Positions 40,801-55,199 of a stretch of 64,000 bases of DNA are shown here, one piece after another. Made by a program: the position numbers and the translations under genes. Within the stretch, counting starts at the first letter, position 1. The number at the start of each line of letters is the position of its first letter. Origin of the DNA: Girardia tigrina (taxonomy: Eukaryota); NCBI GenBank assembly GCA_001938485.1, contig MQRK01219369.1, positions 10,691 to 74,690 on the forward strand, in the 5' to 3' direction. Below the pieces are notes generated by a model. That model was given only the letters and a program-made list of their open reading frames with translations. It did not search any database and was not told where the DNA came from.

Positions 40801-43800
40801 AGACTTTCAAAAATACATAAATTTATGTTATCGTTTTTAATATTAAAAAATACTCTAGTCTTAATGATTATTTCAGTACAGGTTTTCGACATAGACATTC
40901 TTTAAAAATATCTGAAAGTATGTGTAATGTTAAGGATATAGGTATATTAAAACTCATATTTCTGTTTTTGAATATTATATTTATGACATTCGACAAGTAT
41001 ATGCTGAATATCTTTCTTTTGGTCAACCCAAATATACATTCGTCTAACTTGAATACATTACACCATTTATGCGCCTTGTTATACAGAGGTCTGCTGCTTT
41101 TCGTATGTTTAAGTATAGATATAAGACTATTTATTTATCTAAAACTAAACTACAGAGCATAACAATATAGCCAATTGTAGAATTTTCATTTTCAAATAGC
41201 AAATCTCAAATTATCATAATGTTTAAAATTTAAAACATTAAATGTGTCTCCATCCAATAGAGTCAATCATGCTTCCAGAAACATTAAGTGACACAAGCTA
41301 AAACATCAGTGTGAGTAATATTTTGAATTGTTTGAATGTGTAAATGTATTGATGCTGTATGTTGATTTAAGTATGTTGAATGTAGAATGGTGATTCTCCC
41401 ACCCAGATGGAAATTGGTATTTTTTATTAAATTTAAAGTGATTGACTATTCGAACATAATTAAAATAATCATTTTATAACTTCATATTTTTTAATTTAAC
41501 AATTAAAATTAAGTTTAATATTTTTTAGTAAAATTTAAATTAGATGTATTTTAATAATTTGATGACATTTTTATTATTTTGAGTTTTATTGAGAAATGGT
41601 TAAAATTATTATTTTTAATTAATATTTTTTAGAGGTTAAATATTTTAAAAAATGACTTAGAAAAATTGTTCGAATAAACATGATTAAAAATAGTAATAAG
41701 AAAATCAATTAGAACGATGGCAAACGATGAAAGACTTTCTGAGAGTCATAATGACTCTAAATGTGATTGTAATAAAAATTCAAATGAGACTTGTCTAAAT
41801 GTTCTTAATAATCATTAAGAAAGACACTCGGGAAAATTCATACTTGTTTTTATGTAAGTATGGTAATATGTAAGACAGATTTTAAATGGTTTATAGACGA
41901 GTCACTATTTTGAATTAATTTTTGTTAATGACTTATTTCAAAATGTTACCAAAATATTGAACCAAATTTCACATAAAAATCATAATGAAATGAACCCAAG
42001 TGTTATCAAGTACTTTTATTATTATTATCACGTGTTGAGATTTAATCAGAGTAATTTTGTTCTTTGATTAATTATTATTCTTTTTCTTGAAAAACCATGT
42101 ATTTGTACTACGATATTTGTTTAACTTTGTCAATGTCACCAGGACACGTGTCTCTTGAAAATGTTGCTCTCCGTGTGTTGTGCTACCGGAAGTTCCGTCA
42201 AAGTTGTCCGTACGTGTAAATGATGTGAACTTATCTTTCTGACATTTGATGTCAAAATTGGTACTTAAGTATTGTTGTCAATTTGCGACAAAAATTGTTC
42301 TTAAATTATTTACATAGTTTTAGAAATTATGTCTTGTTAAATGATTTTTATAAGCAATTGTGTCACGCTATCTATTTAACTTGATAGATCATTAACTTGA
42401 GAACGTCTCCCAAAGAGTCACAATGGTCATTCCATGAAAACGATACATATCATAATTATAGTCAAACTTAGATGAAGAATCTCTGGTACATTACGCTAGT
42501 GAAGCTTTTTCACTACCTTCCTTTTTATTTTATAAATAACATGATTGATAAAAATGAAATATACTTGGTGTGTCGCAAGTCTTGTGAATTTACTTATCCT
42601 ATGGCATGAACATGACATACATTCAGCACTCTACAATGAATCAAATCCTATTGAAAAGTTCATGATATGAGTTGTTGGGACAGATATACATTACTTTTAT
42701 ATCACTTATTTTCATAAACGCAACGATCTCAGTGTCATCATTAAAATTAGTACTGAACATCTAAGTCGCTAGGTTTGTATAAAATGTCGGTGAGATGAGA
42801 CTCCGTCCGAGATTTTTAGGCAGGATATAAACATTGATAATTTCCCATATCAGTCAATTATCTTTCTCCTACATAAAGAATTAAGTGAAGGAAAACGAAA
42901 AAGTGTCACAAATGCTGAGAGATCTGGATGCTCTTCTACATCACAGGTTGATCCAAAAATTGATCTTATTAAAAATCTGAATCGGTTAAACCCGAAACAG
43001 TAAGTTTTCCAGATTATAGAAGTGACAAAGAGTACGTCAAATGTATTCTGTATAGCCCACTAGGTTTTAAGAAATTATGTTCCCGTTTGTCTACCCATCA
43101 CCTCTCAGCAAAACCAAACTTGACCCAGTTTCTTGTGCCACACACATAACGAGCGTCTTTTAGAGCAACAGCACAGAAGACTACAATAAATATTGTAAGA
43201 CACAAGATGATACATGGGTCTTATTTGATAGCCTTCCATCGAGGAAATAGAACAAGTCTTAAGTGAGTTCATCAGCACAAATACCAAGAATAATTCACTC
43301 GAAGTTGACAAACAGAAAAACCATGATTATTTCTGCCTTGACAGATGACGGGAAATGTTTCCATTGAATAAATTATTACCTTAGAAAAAGTAACCAGTGA
43401 GATTTATGTGAATTTTATTCCCAATGATAAATTTTATATTGGAGAATTTATATTGGAGAATAATGGAAAATAGCGGAAAAAATTCTGGTAAATTGTGTCG
43501 ATTCCGATGGTAGCAGGATAACGACCGGTCACATGCAGCAACCAGTACAAGAGAATTCTTATCGTTTCGTAAGGTGAAGATTATTCGCTAGTGTGTGTAC
43601 AGTTCTGACCGAAACCACTGTAACAGGTGAATCTTCAAAGATATGAAAGGGACCGTTCAACTAAAACACCTTATTGAGTATCGTAAAGCAGTGCTTGAAT
43701 ACGATGTAGACTACGTGACATGAAAATAAACTTGGATTAGTCATTGCCAACTCCATAATTAATAAATTAATAAATTGCAATATTAATCAATTTAAAAACA

Positions 43801-46694
43801 TTCTGAAATATTTTTAATTTTACTATAACACTAAATTTTCTTTTTTCAATGAAGATATTTTATTATTATTTTTCACATAAAAATATGAATCAAAGTACAT
43901 TATATACATTTGAAAATATACAAGTTTCAAATGTGTAAAAATTATCTAAAACTCTTCGAAACAATTAAAGTGCTTAAATGTTTAATGGTACATATTTTTG
44001 AGCGAAAAATTTAATTATTAATGTTATCAACTCGAATAAACACCCATCTTTATGTTGACGCCCTTGGTCGATGTCTTTTTGGTCTCTAGAAATATATGGT
44101 ATTAATCTTAATGTCTTAGTTTTGGAAAAAAATTGCATATACATATTCTTGGCTTGATTGGGATAATATTTTTATGTCATCATTACACTTTAATCGAAAT
44201 TAAAATTTGTATCAAAATAATTAAGTTCAGGAATTTTTTTCAATTTAGTTGAAATTTATTTTGTTTATTATTTCCCCTTTTTGTGGTAGGAAAGTATAAT
44301 CCTTGTACAGATTTGCGTACAAATATTGTGATAAAATATTATTATAAAATATGAGATATATAATGTAAACACAAGTTAATTAGCAAAGAATTTAAATTAA
44401 TGCTCCCAATGTGCAATGTAATATTATAATTGTTATTTTGTAATTCGAATAACTCAAGTATTTTAATTGTCTTAAAATTAATATTTTTTGATTATGGGAA
44501 TTAAAATTTTTTACCTATAATTTGAACTGCTATTTTATTACACTAAACGTTAATTTGTGAAAAACATTTTTTAATGGGGATTTTATCAATAAATATTTAT
44601 TTGATATGTATCTATTAGATTTTATTCAAATTTTGTTAGAAAATAAAAATTAACTCCTCGAAAGATGAGACATCAAATTGCACTTTATCCCAGTCAGTTT
44701 TCAAGTGAATTTAAATTTTCTATCTCATCAAGTAAATATGATTCTGAAGTTTTTAATTACTTTCTAATAACCAAATTAAGAAGGAAAACGTACCCAGCAA
44801 AATTATTTCCGTCTACTTTAAACTTTTCTTTCGAAAACTTATTTTCTGGTTTTATATTTCAAGTTTCCTGTTTTGAAGACATGTTTTGTTCAAGCTGAAT
44901 TAACACGATTTCGAAAAACGTATCCATCTTCCTTATAGAACACAATCACTAAAAATCATTTGAAGAGCAAGAATTAAATTAAGTCCTCCAAAGAGAAAGA
45001 GTTTAGACAAATTTAAACTTAAGTTATTAAAAATGAAATTATTCTAATTTTATAATTAAACAATTTCAGAAATTTAAATAAAAAAATTTTCCGTTAAAAT
45101 TTATCATCAATTTTCAAGTGATGGACACAATTTACCAAACAGAAGTTTTCGAAATGCCAATTTTAACAAACTTCTGACAGAATTATTTTAATAACATTTA
45201 CAAAAGAAAAATAAATTAATCTAATTTAATTGTGTAATTACTGTAATTTTGTTTTCTCAAATTGTTTTTTCGATCAATTTTTTTCCCAATCTAGATGTTC
45301 GTTGTCCCATTTAATCATCTTATTAAGTTCATTAACTTTTTGGACTTTTTTGTATTAATTTAGAAAATTGAGATAAATAACATTTGATGAAATTTCGTAC
45401 TTAATCATGACTGTACTGTTTTTTTTTAACAAAATAATTTTTATGTTTGTTATACTTTATATACTTTATTACTATGTCAGTTTTCCATTATATTTGTATG
45501 AAACTTTGTCTCTTGTGTAGAGCAACATTAACATTTTTTTACCAAAACGTCAACCAGAATTTGGTTAACCTTAAAAACTCATTACTGATTACATCCCCCG
45601 TATAATGGTTGTCATGTTATTGAAAAGTTACGGAAGTTTTTTTTAAAATATTTGAATGGATATAAACATTATTTTAAACAATTATTATAAATAGCTTTAC
45701 GACTTTTGAAAACTTGGTATAGTGGTGTCACACAGATTCCCTTACGGACTCAGATGACAGTCAAAGTGTTACATTACTCCATGTGTGACTATTTTGAGCC
45801 GAACTTTAATCCGCAACTTCAGTATTTTGTAAATTTTATAATATTTTGGTATAAAAAATTGATTACAATAATAAACGCGTTTGGTGACTGAATTTTGTTG
45901 AAGATCAATTTGAAAACGATTATTTTTCTGCAAAATATAATTTACAGAGCGTCTCCCTACATTTTGATAGCGTTTCAATATATTTTGATAGTTTAAAATA
46001 TTATACATATCTTAATATATTCCGAAAAAAATTATTAGATGCATAAAAAGACATTATATGTAAGGGATTTACTTAAATAAATATTTTAATCATTTTAACC
46101 TTAATTTATCTATGCAACTACAAAAGTTACAAAAAAATCAACTTTATTCATTTGACTTCTTTTGTTAGATACTTTGGCAAATAACTTACCATGTCTATAG
46201 AAACCATAACAATTCTCCTCTATAATTTTAAAACTTTTTTTTAATATTTTAAAAAGGTTTATATATATAGAAATTAAAATGTTTTATAAAAAATGTTATT
46301 TATAAGAAAAGAATTTTTATTTAGCAATTTTAATGTGGTCCACTTTCTAAAATTTTCTAAATAAATATATTTTTGAATTAATTTGTCTTGTCGAAAATGT
46401 ACTTGTACGTTGCCAAAATGTGCTTGAAAATCCTGTAAGTTTAGGATAATAAATTGACGTAATATCTAAAAATTATAACCTCAAAATTTGATTTTTGAAG
46501 ACGCTAATGTGAATGTAATTTTTGTTTATCTTAAGTTGAAATGGTCAGTCTTGAAAACTCCGATAGACTGATCAAACAACTGATTACCTTGTACACAAAG
46601 ATGAACGAAAACATTAAAATTCTAGCCTCTTGGACTCTATTGAGTGGAATTAGTACGCCGGTAACTCCACTAGTTAATAATAATCGCGAAATTA

Positions 46695-47949
46695 TTAGGT
46701 TGTTGCGAAAGCAATGCAGGTTTTTGAACCTAAACTTTAAACAAATGTAACTCAGCACAGAATAAACTTTATTAATCGAAATGAAAACCAGCAGAATCAA
46801 TACATTTTTACAAACGAGAAACAAGTTTATTGATGTCCTAGTGTAGAACTCCTGAATTTTGGATGCGATGAAAGCGTTAAAGGTGTCTTTCTCGTCGTCT
46901 TGGTTTTTGAAGCATTTTTCCTGGAGGAAGTTGTTCAGATGCTTGAAGAAATGGTAGTTGGTGGACGAGAAGTCCGGTGAGTAGCGTGGATGAGGCAGAG
47001 TTTCGTAGTCCAACTCGTTTAGTTTTTCTAGGGTCGGTTTTACGATGTGTAGCCGGGCGTGGTTGTGGAGGAGAATTGGCCCCTTCATATTAACCAATCT
47101 TGAGCACATACGTCGGAGCTCGTGATGCATTTGTTGGCAGTACTTCTCTGCGATGATCGTTTCATCCGTATTCAGAAAGCTATGAAGGATGAGACCGGCT
47201 GCAGACCACCAAACAGTTGACATAACCTTCTTTTGGTAGAGTTTCGGTTTCGGAAAGTGGTGAGGAGCCTCATCGCAGTCCAACCATTGTGCTGAACGGC
47301 ACCTATTGTCGTAGAGAATCCACTCCTCATCAGACGTCACAATCCGATCGAGAAACGAATCGTTCTTGTAGTGCAGAAGAAGCGCGGAAGACACCTCAAA
47401 ACGACGATTTTTTACTTTCGTTCAATTCATGAGGCACCCATTTATCGAGCTTTTTTGACTTTTCAATTTTCTTCAAGTGCCGAGCGACGGTTGAGGGATC
47501 AACGTTAAGCTCTTCTGTGAGTGCTCGAACAGTTATGCGTGGATTGGCTTCCATCAGTTCCTTCGATTCGTCGATGGGCGGCTGCCATGAGGCTCATCTT
47601 CCAGGCTGGTATTGCCAGAGCGAAACTTTTAATACCAGCGCTGCACCGTGCATTCATCGACACTTCCTTTACCTCAAACTTCGTTGATGTTTCGAGCGGT
47701 TTGGGCTGTATTACACCCTAGTTTAAACTCGTAGAAGTAAATGTTGTGAAAATTACGTTTTGACATCTGCATTTCTGAAAATCGAAATTATTAACAAAAG
47801 AAAGATTATAATCAGTTTTAGACAAATATATCTGAAAGAGTATAAATTAAGCTTTTGAATGACTAATAACATCATACATGATTTAGTCGTATAACATTGC
47901 GGTAAATACAAAAAAATCAAAAACCTGCATTCCTTTTTCAACAACCTGA
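46695..47949 (-). mobile_element. Mariner, cecropia-subfamily-like (Hsmar1-like), transposase pseudogene 46772-47766
   Basis: TA|TTAGGTTGTTGCGAAAGCAATGCAGGTTTTTGA ... TCAAAAACCTGCATTCCTTTTTCAACAACCTGA|TA. Motifs FLDRIVTSDEEWILYDN, PKPKLYQKKVMSTVWWSAAG, HPRYSPD. Confidence 0.95.
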
Positions 47950-48734
47950 TAGTATATTTCAAGTTAAATAAAATTCAACTGAAATTTCGTATTAAAATAA
48001 TTACGTATAATTAACATTACTTTTAGATGTTTTTATTAGATAGCAAAATAGATATTTAAACACAAAGGAAAAGTTTTATAATTCTTCGAGCTTCATTTTA
48101 ATCATTTTTTCTTAATAATATATCATTGTTATATGGAAAGGTACTTATTAAATTACCAATCATTTATATTGACGTTCTTCTTTATGTATTTTACTCATGG
48201 AAAAGCTTTGATTAAAATATTTAAATTTAATTCTTCTGATAATAAATGGACTCAAAATCTACAAAGATTATTCTTCTTGAGTAATCCCAGGAAAAGCAAA
48301 CTAACAGTGGATTGAATCAATTTAGGATATCAAATAAAGTGGACACTAAAATAAAATAAAAAGTGACATCTAGGAAATTATATTTTTTTAGAGATTGAAT
48401 TTTCGAACATTTACTGATATATAAATTTTGGGATTTAAAAAAAATTTTGATTAATTTAAAACTTCTTTTCCCGAGGAATTAAAAACTTTATCGGGTACAA
48501 GATGGAGGTAATCGTGAAACTTTGACGGTGGTGGATTTTGGTATAAATACTTTAAGAGATAAATTTAATTCGATACTTTTTCTTTGAAAAAGTATTTTGA
48601 ATTTAAATTATAAAAATCAGTGATTTTCATTAAATTAGATAATTATTTCATGTTTTTTAATAAATTATAAATACTTGAACATTTACAGATCAGAGATTCT
48701 TAACACTTTTATATCGTCCTCTTAACATAACATG

Positions 48735-49520
48735 CAGGGTGATCAAAAAGTCAGTTAAATATTTTAAATGTATATTGAATCTTTATTATTAAAAATAAAC
48801 AAAACATATCTTAAGACAAGATCACTTATTATATAAACTTAATCTTTTTTCAAGGAGCACCATTCTTAGAAATATACTTCTCTAGTCTAAATTTTACAAT
48901 ATTAGTAGTATCTTCAAATTCTTGTTGTTATTTGAGAATCCATTTATTCTATGCGATTATTCAGTATCGACAATGTTCTTGGCCTTTTACGATATGTCAA
49001 GTAGCCACAACTGAAAATGTCTATAGGTGATAGATCTAACGATCTTACTGTCTAAAGAAATGGTTCATACTTTCGTATCCAGCATTATGAGAAACTCATG
49101 TCTAAGATATTTTATACCTCCTTTGCGTAATTTTTATGAACTCTATTTTGTTGAAAAATGGCTTGAGAATAACTTCTTTGATACTTCAAGAACAAGCTAA
49201 ACATTTCTCCAATATATAATTATAATTAAAAACATTGTGTTGACATGCAAAAAGAATGATCAATACAATTTACTACACGAAATTCCTATCCAAACGTTCA
49301 CTTTTGCGCTTGAATTTACATACATTACAATTTCATCTATTGCATTTCACATAGTCACTCTTGCTTCTTTATCTTCTTTGGATAGCTGCAATACTTGGTA
49401 TTTGTATGCGAATAATTTGAGACTTTCCCTCAATGTCTTTTGAATTGATATGTAAGAAATTTTATTTCATTTTTTAATCTTAACATTATTAATCTTTGAA
49501 AATGCCTCTTCAATTTGTGC
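48735..49520 (-). mobile_element. Decayed Tc1-like remnant
   Basis: CAGGGTGATCAAAAAGTCAG terminus. Minus strand RSLDLSPIDIFSCGYL resembles RSPDLSPLDFFLWGYL. Confidence 0.55.
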
Positions 49521-50584
49521 TTTTCTTCCTCTTTACTTGGCATTTCACTTCTTGAATAAATCAGAGATTCTTAACACTTTGATATCGTCATCTTAACATA
49601 ATATACATGGCGATCGAAACATCAGACATCACATTTCTAACATGGTATTTAATAATTGGAAGACAGGAAAGAAAGGGGTTAATCATTGAGTACAAACATT
49701 TTTAACCTTTACTCATATAAGTATATTTAAATATAAAAGTATTTTGTAATAGCACATTCTTTATCATAATAAATATTTTTAATGTTGTTTCTAAGAATTG
49801 ATATATTTTTGTTTATAAAAGAAAATGTTTCCATTCTTTATTCCATTGAGGTTTGGATACTCCTTTCACTCTCCTCCGGCATAATCAATGACAATATCTT
49901 ATTATAAATGTGAATACATTGAGCAAGTGGAGCACTAATGAAATTAGAAAGTATAGTTCATAATATCGGTGAAGTTTGTGCTCATTTTGATCTGCATTGT
50001 TTGTTTACACCAATTTGTGCATCAACATCTGTGTGTACCTCAACACTGTAATCATTTGAGCACATTTTATTACGCAATTTAGCTCTGTTTATTAGTCAAC
50101 CGCTCTATTTTTAGTTTATTATATTATTAAAAGTTTAAATTAAAAAATATATTTTTTTACTTTTAATGTTTTAAAAGTAAAAATTTACCCACATCTACTC
50201 TCAATCATTGTTAAATAATGTTTTATTAGTTCTTTTTTAAAAGTTCTGAACTCTTATTTTTATATATTAGCCATAAACTAACCGATCCTCGTATCAAACT
50301 ACAATCCCGATTTTGTGTCTTAATTTGCTGTCAAATCTGTTATAATTTTCGAGTGTCTTCATTCATGTCCCATGAATTGGTCAAAGTCTCTTGTATTTAC
50401 AAAGCAAAATAAATAGAGTTTTGGTTTATAATATATGACGTTTTTATTAAAATAATTTGTGATTTAAAAGTTTTAGGAAATTCTTCGAAAGATAAATTTT
50501 GTAATGATAATAAATTTAATAATTTATAATACAAAATAATTATTTTCCTTAATGAACTATTGAAAAATGTCTCTTCTAAATCAG

Positions 50585-50802
50585 GTCCAGACAGTGTGGT
50601 CTTGAGGAAAGAAATTTATAACCAGCTTTCGAAAGTTTCTCCACAGCTGGAGAGCTCATCATGTACCCCAATACCGAACGAGATATCGAGCGAAGACCAT
50701 TTGACAATCAGATCCAGTCCATGTCAAACACATCCCCATCACAAAGTCACATTTAATGCTTATTCAAACACCAGAAATTCTGTACACACCACAGAAAATT
50801 GA
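50585..50802 (+). CDS. nfi: Probable terminal coding exon of the NFI-like gene
   Basis: aaatcag|GT CCA GAC ... AAT TGA. Phase 1 matches the donor at 39619. S/T/P-rich; AU-rich sequence with AATAAA (51061) follows. Confidence 0.65.
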
Positions 50803-53579
50803 TTTTATTGCCACATTTTTGCCCGAGTAATAATGATTTAATGTTTGTCATAGTTTACCAATCTGTATTTATATACATAAGTTATATTTTTTCACAAATT
50901 CAGATGATCTTTGAAATGTTTCCATGTTCTCAAACAATGTGATTATTTCTTATTGATTTGCTAGACGAGACATTTATAGACAGTCAGACAGATTGAGACA
51001 GTCAGTAACTGATTTCGCATATTCTCAACCAAATCGCAATTTATTTTATCTATGTATATAAATAAATATGCATATATATATTTATTTATATTATATTATG
51101 TGACATTTTTCAATTACTTTTCTTTTATCATAGTCATGGTGTACAAAAATGATTGATTTATTATTATTTATTTATGTTGGACAATTTTTGAACGTTTATT
51201 GTATCGATTTTTTTTATAAAAACACAAACCGCAACTATGATTAAATTATATATTATGCAGTATATTTCTGAAAAGTTTTATCTCTTGTAACTATTTTGAA
51301 AGTTGTATTGAAAATTTGTTTATTTTTAATCTAGATGTTTTATTTTGTAAATAGGAATATTATTAATATTATCATCATTATTATTATTATCTTTATATTA
51401 TATAAATTATTGTGAAATTTTCAATGAGTCTTATATGAGAAAACAGAGAATCAATTGCACCATGTTTGCTCTATTTTCATTATTTGTACATTTGGTTCAT
51501 GTAACGAATCCTTCATCGGTTATCATGGTTACATCGTCAGGCGTGGTGCCTTGGGAATAAAACTTTATTTATGCATGTTTCAGAAACAAATGGCAGCACA
51601 ACAATCAATGGTTTCAATTTGTGAAAAGTGTTTTAAGATTCATGTAAAGGTGATTAAGCGTTTTTTTGTAATTCACACAAGCTTGATATTGATATTGAAC
51701 AAAAATACCAAGTAAATACCAATTTGGCTTTCAATCCAAGGAGTAGAACTACATCAACTTTTCCAACATTACCTTAATTCAAATAATTTTCCTTGACTCT
51801 TGCTATTTGATGGAAACTGTGTGTTTCTGGATTTTATTTACTTATTGCATATGTTTCATTTATGTTGAAGATTGTTAATTGTAAGTAGTAACATATATAT
51901 TGAATAAATTTAGATAATCAGACCTGTTGTGGTTTTTACTTTTGTCAGTAATTTATTAATATTTTATATATAAAATGATTGATTCTTGTCTAAGTTTATG
52001 CTTTATTTTTAACACCATTATATACGTATAGCAAGATTATATATTTTAAATAATAATTATTGATAGATTCGGACAGGTCTTCCCAGCATATTCGAAATTG
52101 TTTCAAATTAATCAAATTAGACAATATTTGACTAAAAATATCTTTCGTCGTAATTTAAACCAATTTTGTCCATTATAATCTTGGTTTCGAAAACATACTC
52201 GACAGGGTCAAACAATCATAACTTGTCAGAGGAGGTTCTTTCCTTAATTATTTTTTTTCTTTTTTTAATTTATGTCACCCTTGAAATAATCTAAGCTGAA
52301 ATCAGTTTTTTTTCCATTCTACCCTTTTCTTGTGGAATATTCCTAGTAAAAAGCGTTTGTCATAAGTTTGTATCAATAAATGCATCGTTAATGGACGTGA
52401 GTTGGTTGACTAGGAAGTTTATATCAGCTTTATTTCGGAATGGGACTAAATTAGACTAGATCATATAATACGAGATCGCCAATTTTAATGTGCAATAATA
52501 ATTACGAAAATAAAACGTCTTATTGTTTTTGAGATAAACTGAAATTGTTACAATAAAAAGTTTAATCGTTGCTATTCTTTATTAAAAAAATCATATTTGT
52601 ATTTATTTAAATTCTTTATTTCATTGAACACTTGTATTATTTGTTTCTCCTGGAGAAATGATACCTAGACTTTTTAATTAATAAGAAGATAAAGAATGTT
52701 TTTGCATATAAATTAAAAAAATCCTATTTACATTTATAATAAATAAATATGTAAACAACCTAAGGCAGGATTTTGCACAGACCTACTAATATCCTCAAAT
52801 AAAATTGCGCCGATAAGACATCGTATCAAAAATAATTAACAAAGCTTATTTTTCTTCTTAATTTTACAAAACGCATTTTCAGTTTTCATTAATTTTTTAA
52901 GTTATAATTTGTTTGTCTTTATAAAAGTTGATATCATTACAGAATAATTTATCTGTATTTTTATAAACAACGATGAGATTATCTAGAATAGCGTTTTCAA
53001 GATTATATATCCCATTTATGTTATGGTCTATTAAAATGGCAGAAGGAAAATCAAGTAAAGGAAACTGAAGTTTGAAATGCAAAAAGTTATACAGGAAAAT
53101 ATGAATTTGTAAAAGGAAAGACAAATTGATAAAGATAACTTTTTATTAATGAGGAACTTAGACTAAATTAAAAAAAAGTTATAACTGTTTTGAATGCTAA
53201 GTATAAAAGTGTTAAAGAAGCCTCACTCAAAAAATAACTGATAAAGTTACCAATCTGTACATATATATAATATTTGTCTAAAAGTGTGTTTGTTTGTTTG
53301 TCGGTCATGCTTTTCAATGTGAAATGACGGACGAACCGGAGTGTTTCCATTTAAGAACGTGGTCACTCTGGATAGCCAACATCAATACAATTCTGTTGGT
53401 ACAGCGTTTTGGCTAAAAGACGCCTGGAAAGCGATGAAATCGATCCAAAACCGTACAAGTTGTTAAATGGTTAAATTAACACCGATTTCGAATAATGACG
53501 ATTTTGATGATTCTTACACGGATTTTCGTGAAACTTTTTATGAAAATATCAACAAAATACTAATTTTTTAAAAACAAAA

Positions 53580-54445
53580 ATTTTCATCAAAATATATTGT
53601 TATTAATTTCGACGAATCAACCGTCATCATCAGACTGAATTAACAATGATATACTCGCATTTATATATCCAAGCTATGTTTATGTAATCATTATGTAATT
53701 TAAATCAAGAAAATACTTTCAATAAAGTTGAAGAGGATGGTGTTTGGACATTAATTTTAGGATTAAAAGATTTGATCAACGATGCTTCACACATCACCCT
53801 CTCCCAGTAATTATCAAATTGTGAACACAAAATCTTAAAATTACTGACATCAACTTTACTATTCAAACAGTTTTTCTTATGTTGAGCGATATTGACATCA
53901 CTTTCCCTGCGATTTTGTTCCTGAATCCGTTTACAGAGATGACGACAAGTCTCTCCGCTGTATATGGCGTCACACCTATTACATTTATATTGATAAACTA
54001 AATTGGAACATAACCCAGTTGGAGTGATAGATTTACTACTAAACAAACTTCCTATCTTACATGATCTAGATACAATTTTTAAATTAATAAATTATTTTCG
54101 TCATGTTTCAAAATAGAAAGGTTTGATCTATAGATCTTGGACACTTTCGTCTACGTACGCTAAATGTAATGAAAGTATTGATAAGTTAATAAATTTACTT
54201 CATAAAAATGGATATTCCAAATCGATAGTTGAAAAATTAACTCGTGAAACTGTCGATAAATTAATTAAATCGGAAAATGAAAAATCAAATACAATAAATA
54301 GCGACAAAAACAAAAATCAGATAAATAATAATTATAATAATATTGGTTTTTTTTACTGTTCCCTACTCTGACGGTTTCAGGAAATTCAAAAACTCTATTT
54401 TGAAACATGATGAAAATAATTTATTAAATTTAAAAATTTCACTTT
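53580..54445 (-). mobile_element. Penelope-like element 1: 3' GIY-YIG part on - strand (53705-54117), inverted RT-thumb/linker part on + strand (54117-54440)
   Basis: NLVYQYKCNRCDAIYSGETCRHLCKRIQEQ...CEASLIKSFNPKINVQ. The + strand reads KGLIYRSWTLSS...LLHKNGYS...VPYSDG. Confidence 0.9.
53599..53635 (-). ncRNA. Minimal type I hammerhead ribozyme A (intact core)
   Basis: gt-CTGATGA-T-GACGG ttgat TCGTC-GAAA-ttaa-TA|ac. Confidence 0.75.
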
Positions 54446-55199
54446 TGAATAATTATTTTGTGCACTTTCCTTTGATTTGTAAACATTCGTGCATCTCCTT
54501 GTTTTGCTTCAAGATAACAAGAAAGAAAGATCATTTGTTTACAAAGGTGAGATGAATGTAAGGAAAATACCAATTTCCGCTTGGGTGGGAGAATCACCAT
54601 TCTATGTTCGATATACTCGAATTAACATACATCCTTCATACATTCACACCTTTATACAATTTAAAATATTCCTCACAATAATAAACATTGTAATTCAGAA
54701 ATCACCCCTGAAATAAAATAACTTTGTCATAATATTTGAAGTGTTTTTTAATGGATAACGTACCATTTAATTTGGAAGAAGGGTCAGTACCAAATGTCAC
54801 CAGCATGAAAGTCAGCAGAATCAACAGAATGCAGTTAATCAAATAAATCATTAGAAAGAAATCCTTATTATAGATGTAAATGGAAAAAGATTTGCTATAT
54901 AAACTTTTATTCTTAATTAAATTAATTAAAATTTCTTAGTATGAATGATTTTTTAAACATTTCCAGTAACTTTCTAAAAAATTAATTAATTAGATTTGTA
55001 TAGGTTACAGTTTCTTGAATATACGTGTAATTAAAATTTAGAATTATTTTTCTGTTTATTATACTTTATTCTCAGATGCAGAAAAATTGAGCTGGAATTC
55101 CCAAAAAAAAATCGTCAGCTAATTGATACTTTTTCATTGAGAGTATACGCATATCAAAACAAGTAATATATATTAAAAAATTTTTTTAGAAAAAAACAC

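Noticed and set aside
42000-43760. Higher-complexity region, possibly an ancient LTR retrotransposon
   Set aside because: No reliable motif, termini or TSD could be read by eye; it needs a repeat-library search.
53253-53560. Helitron-like 5' end (TC...TATATATAA...GTTTGTTTGT)
   Set aside because: No matching 3' hairpin plus CTRR end could be assigned.
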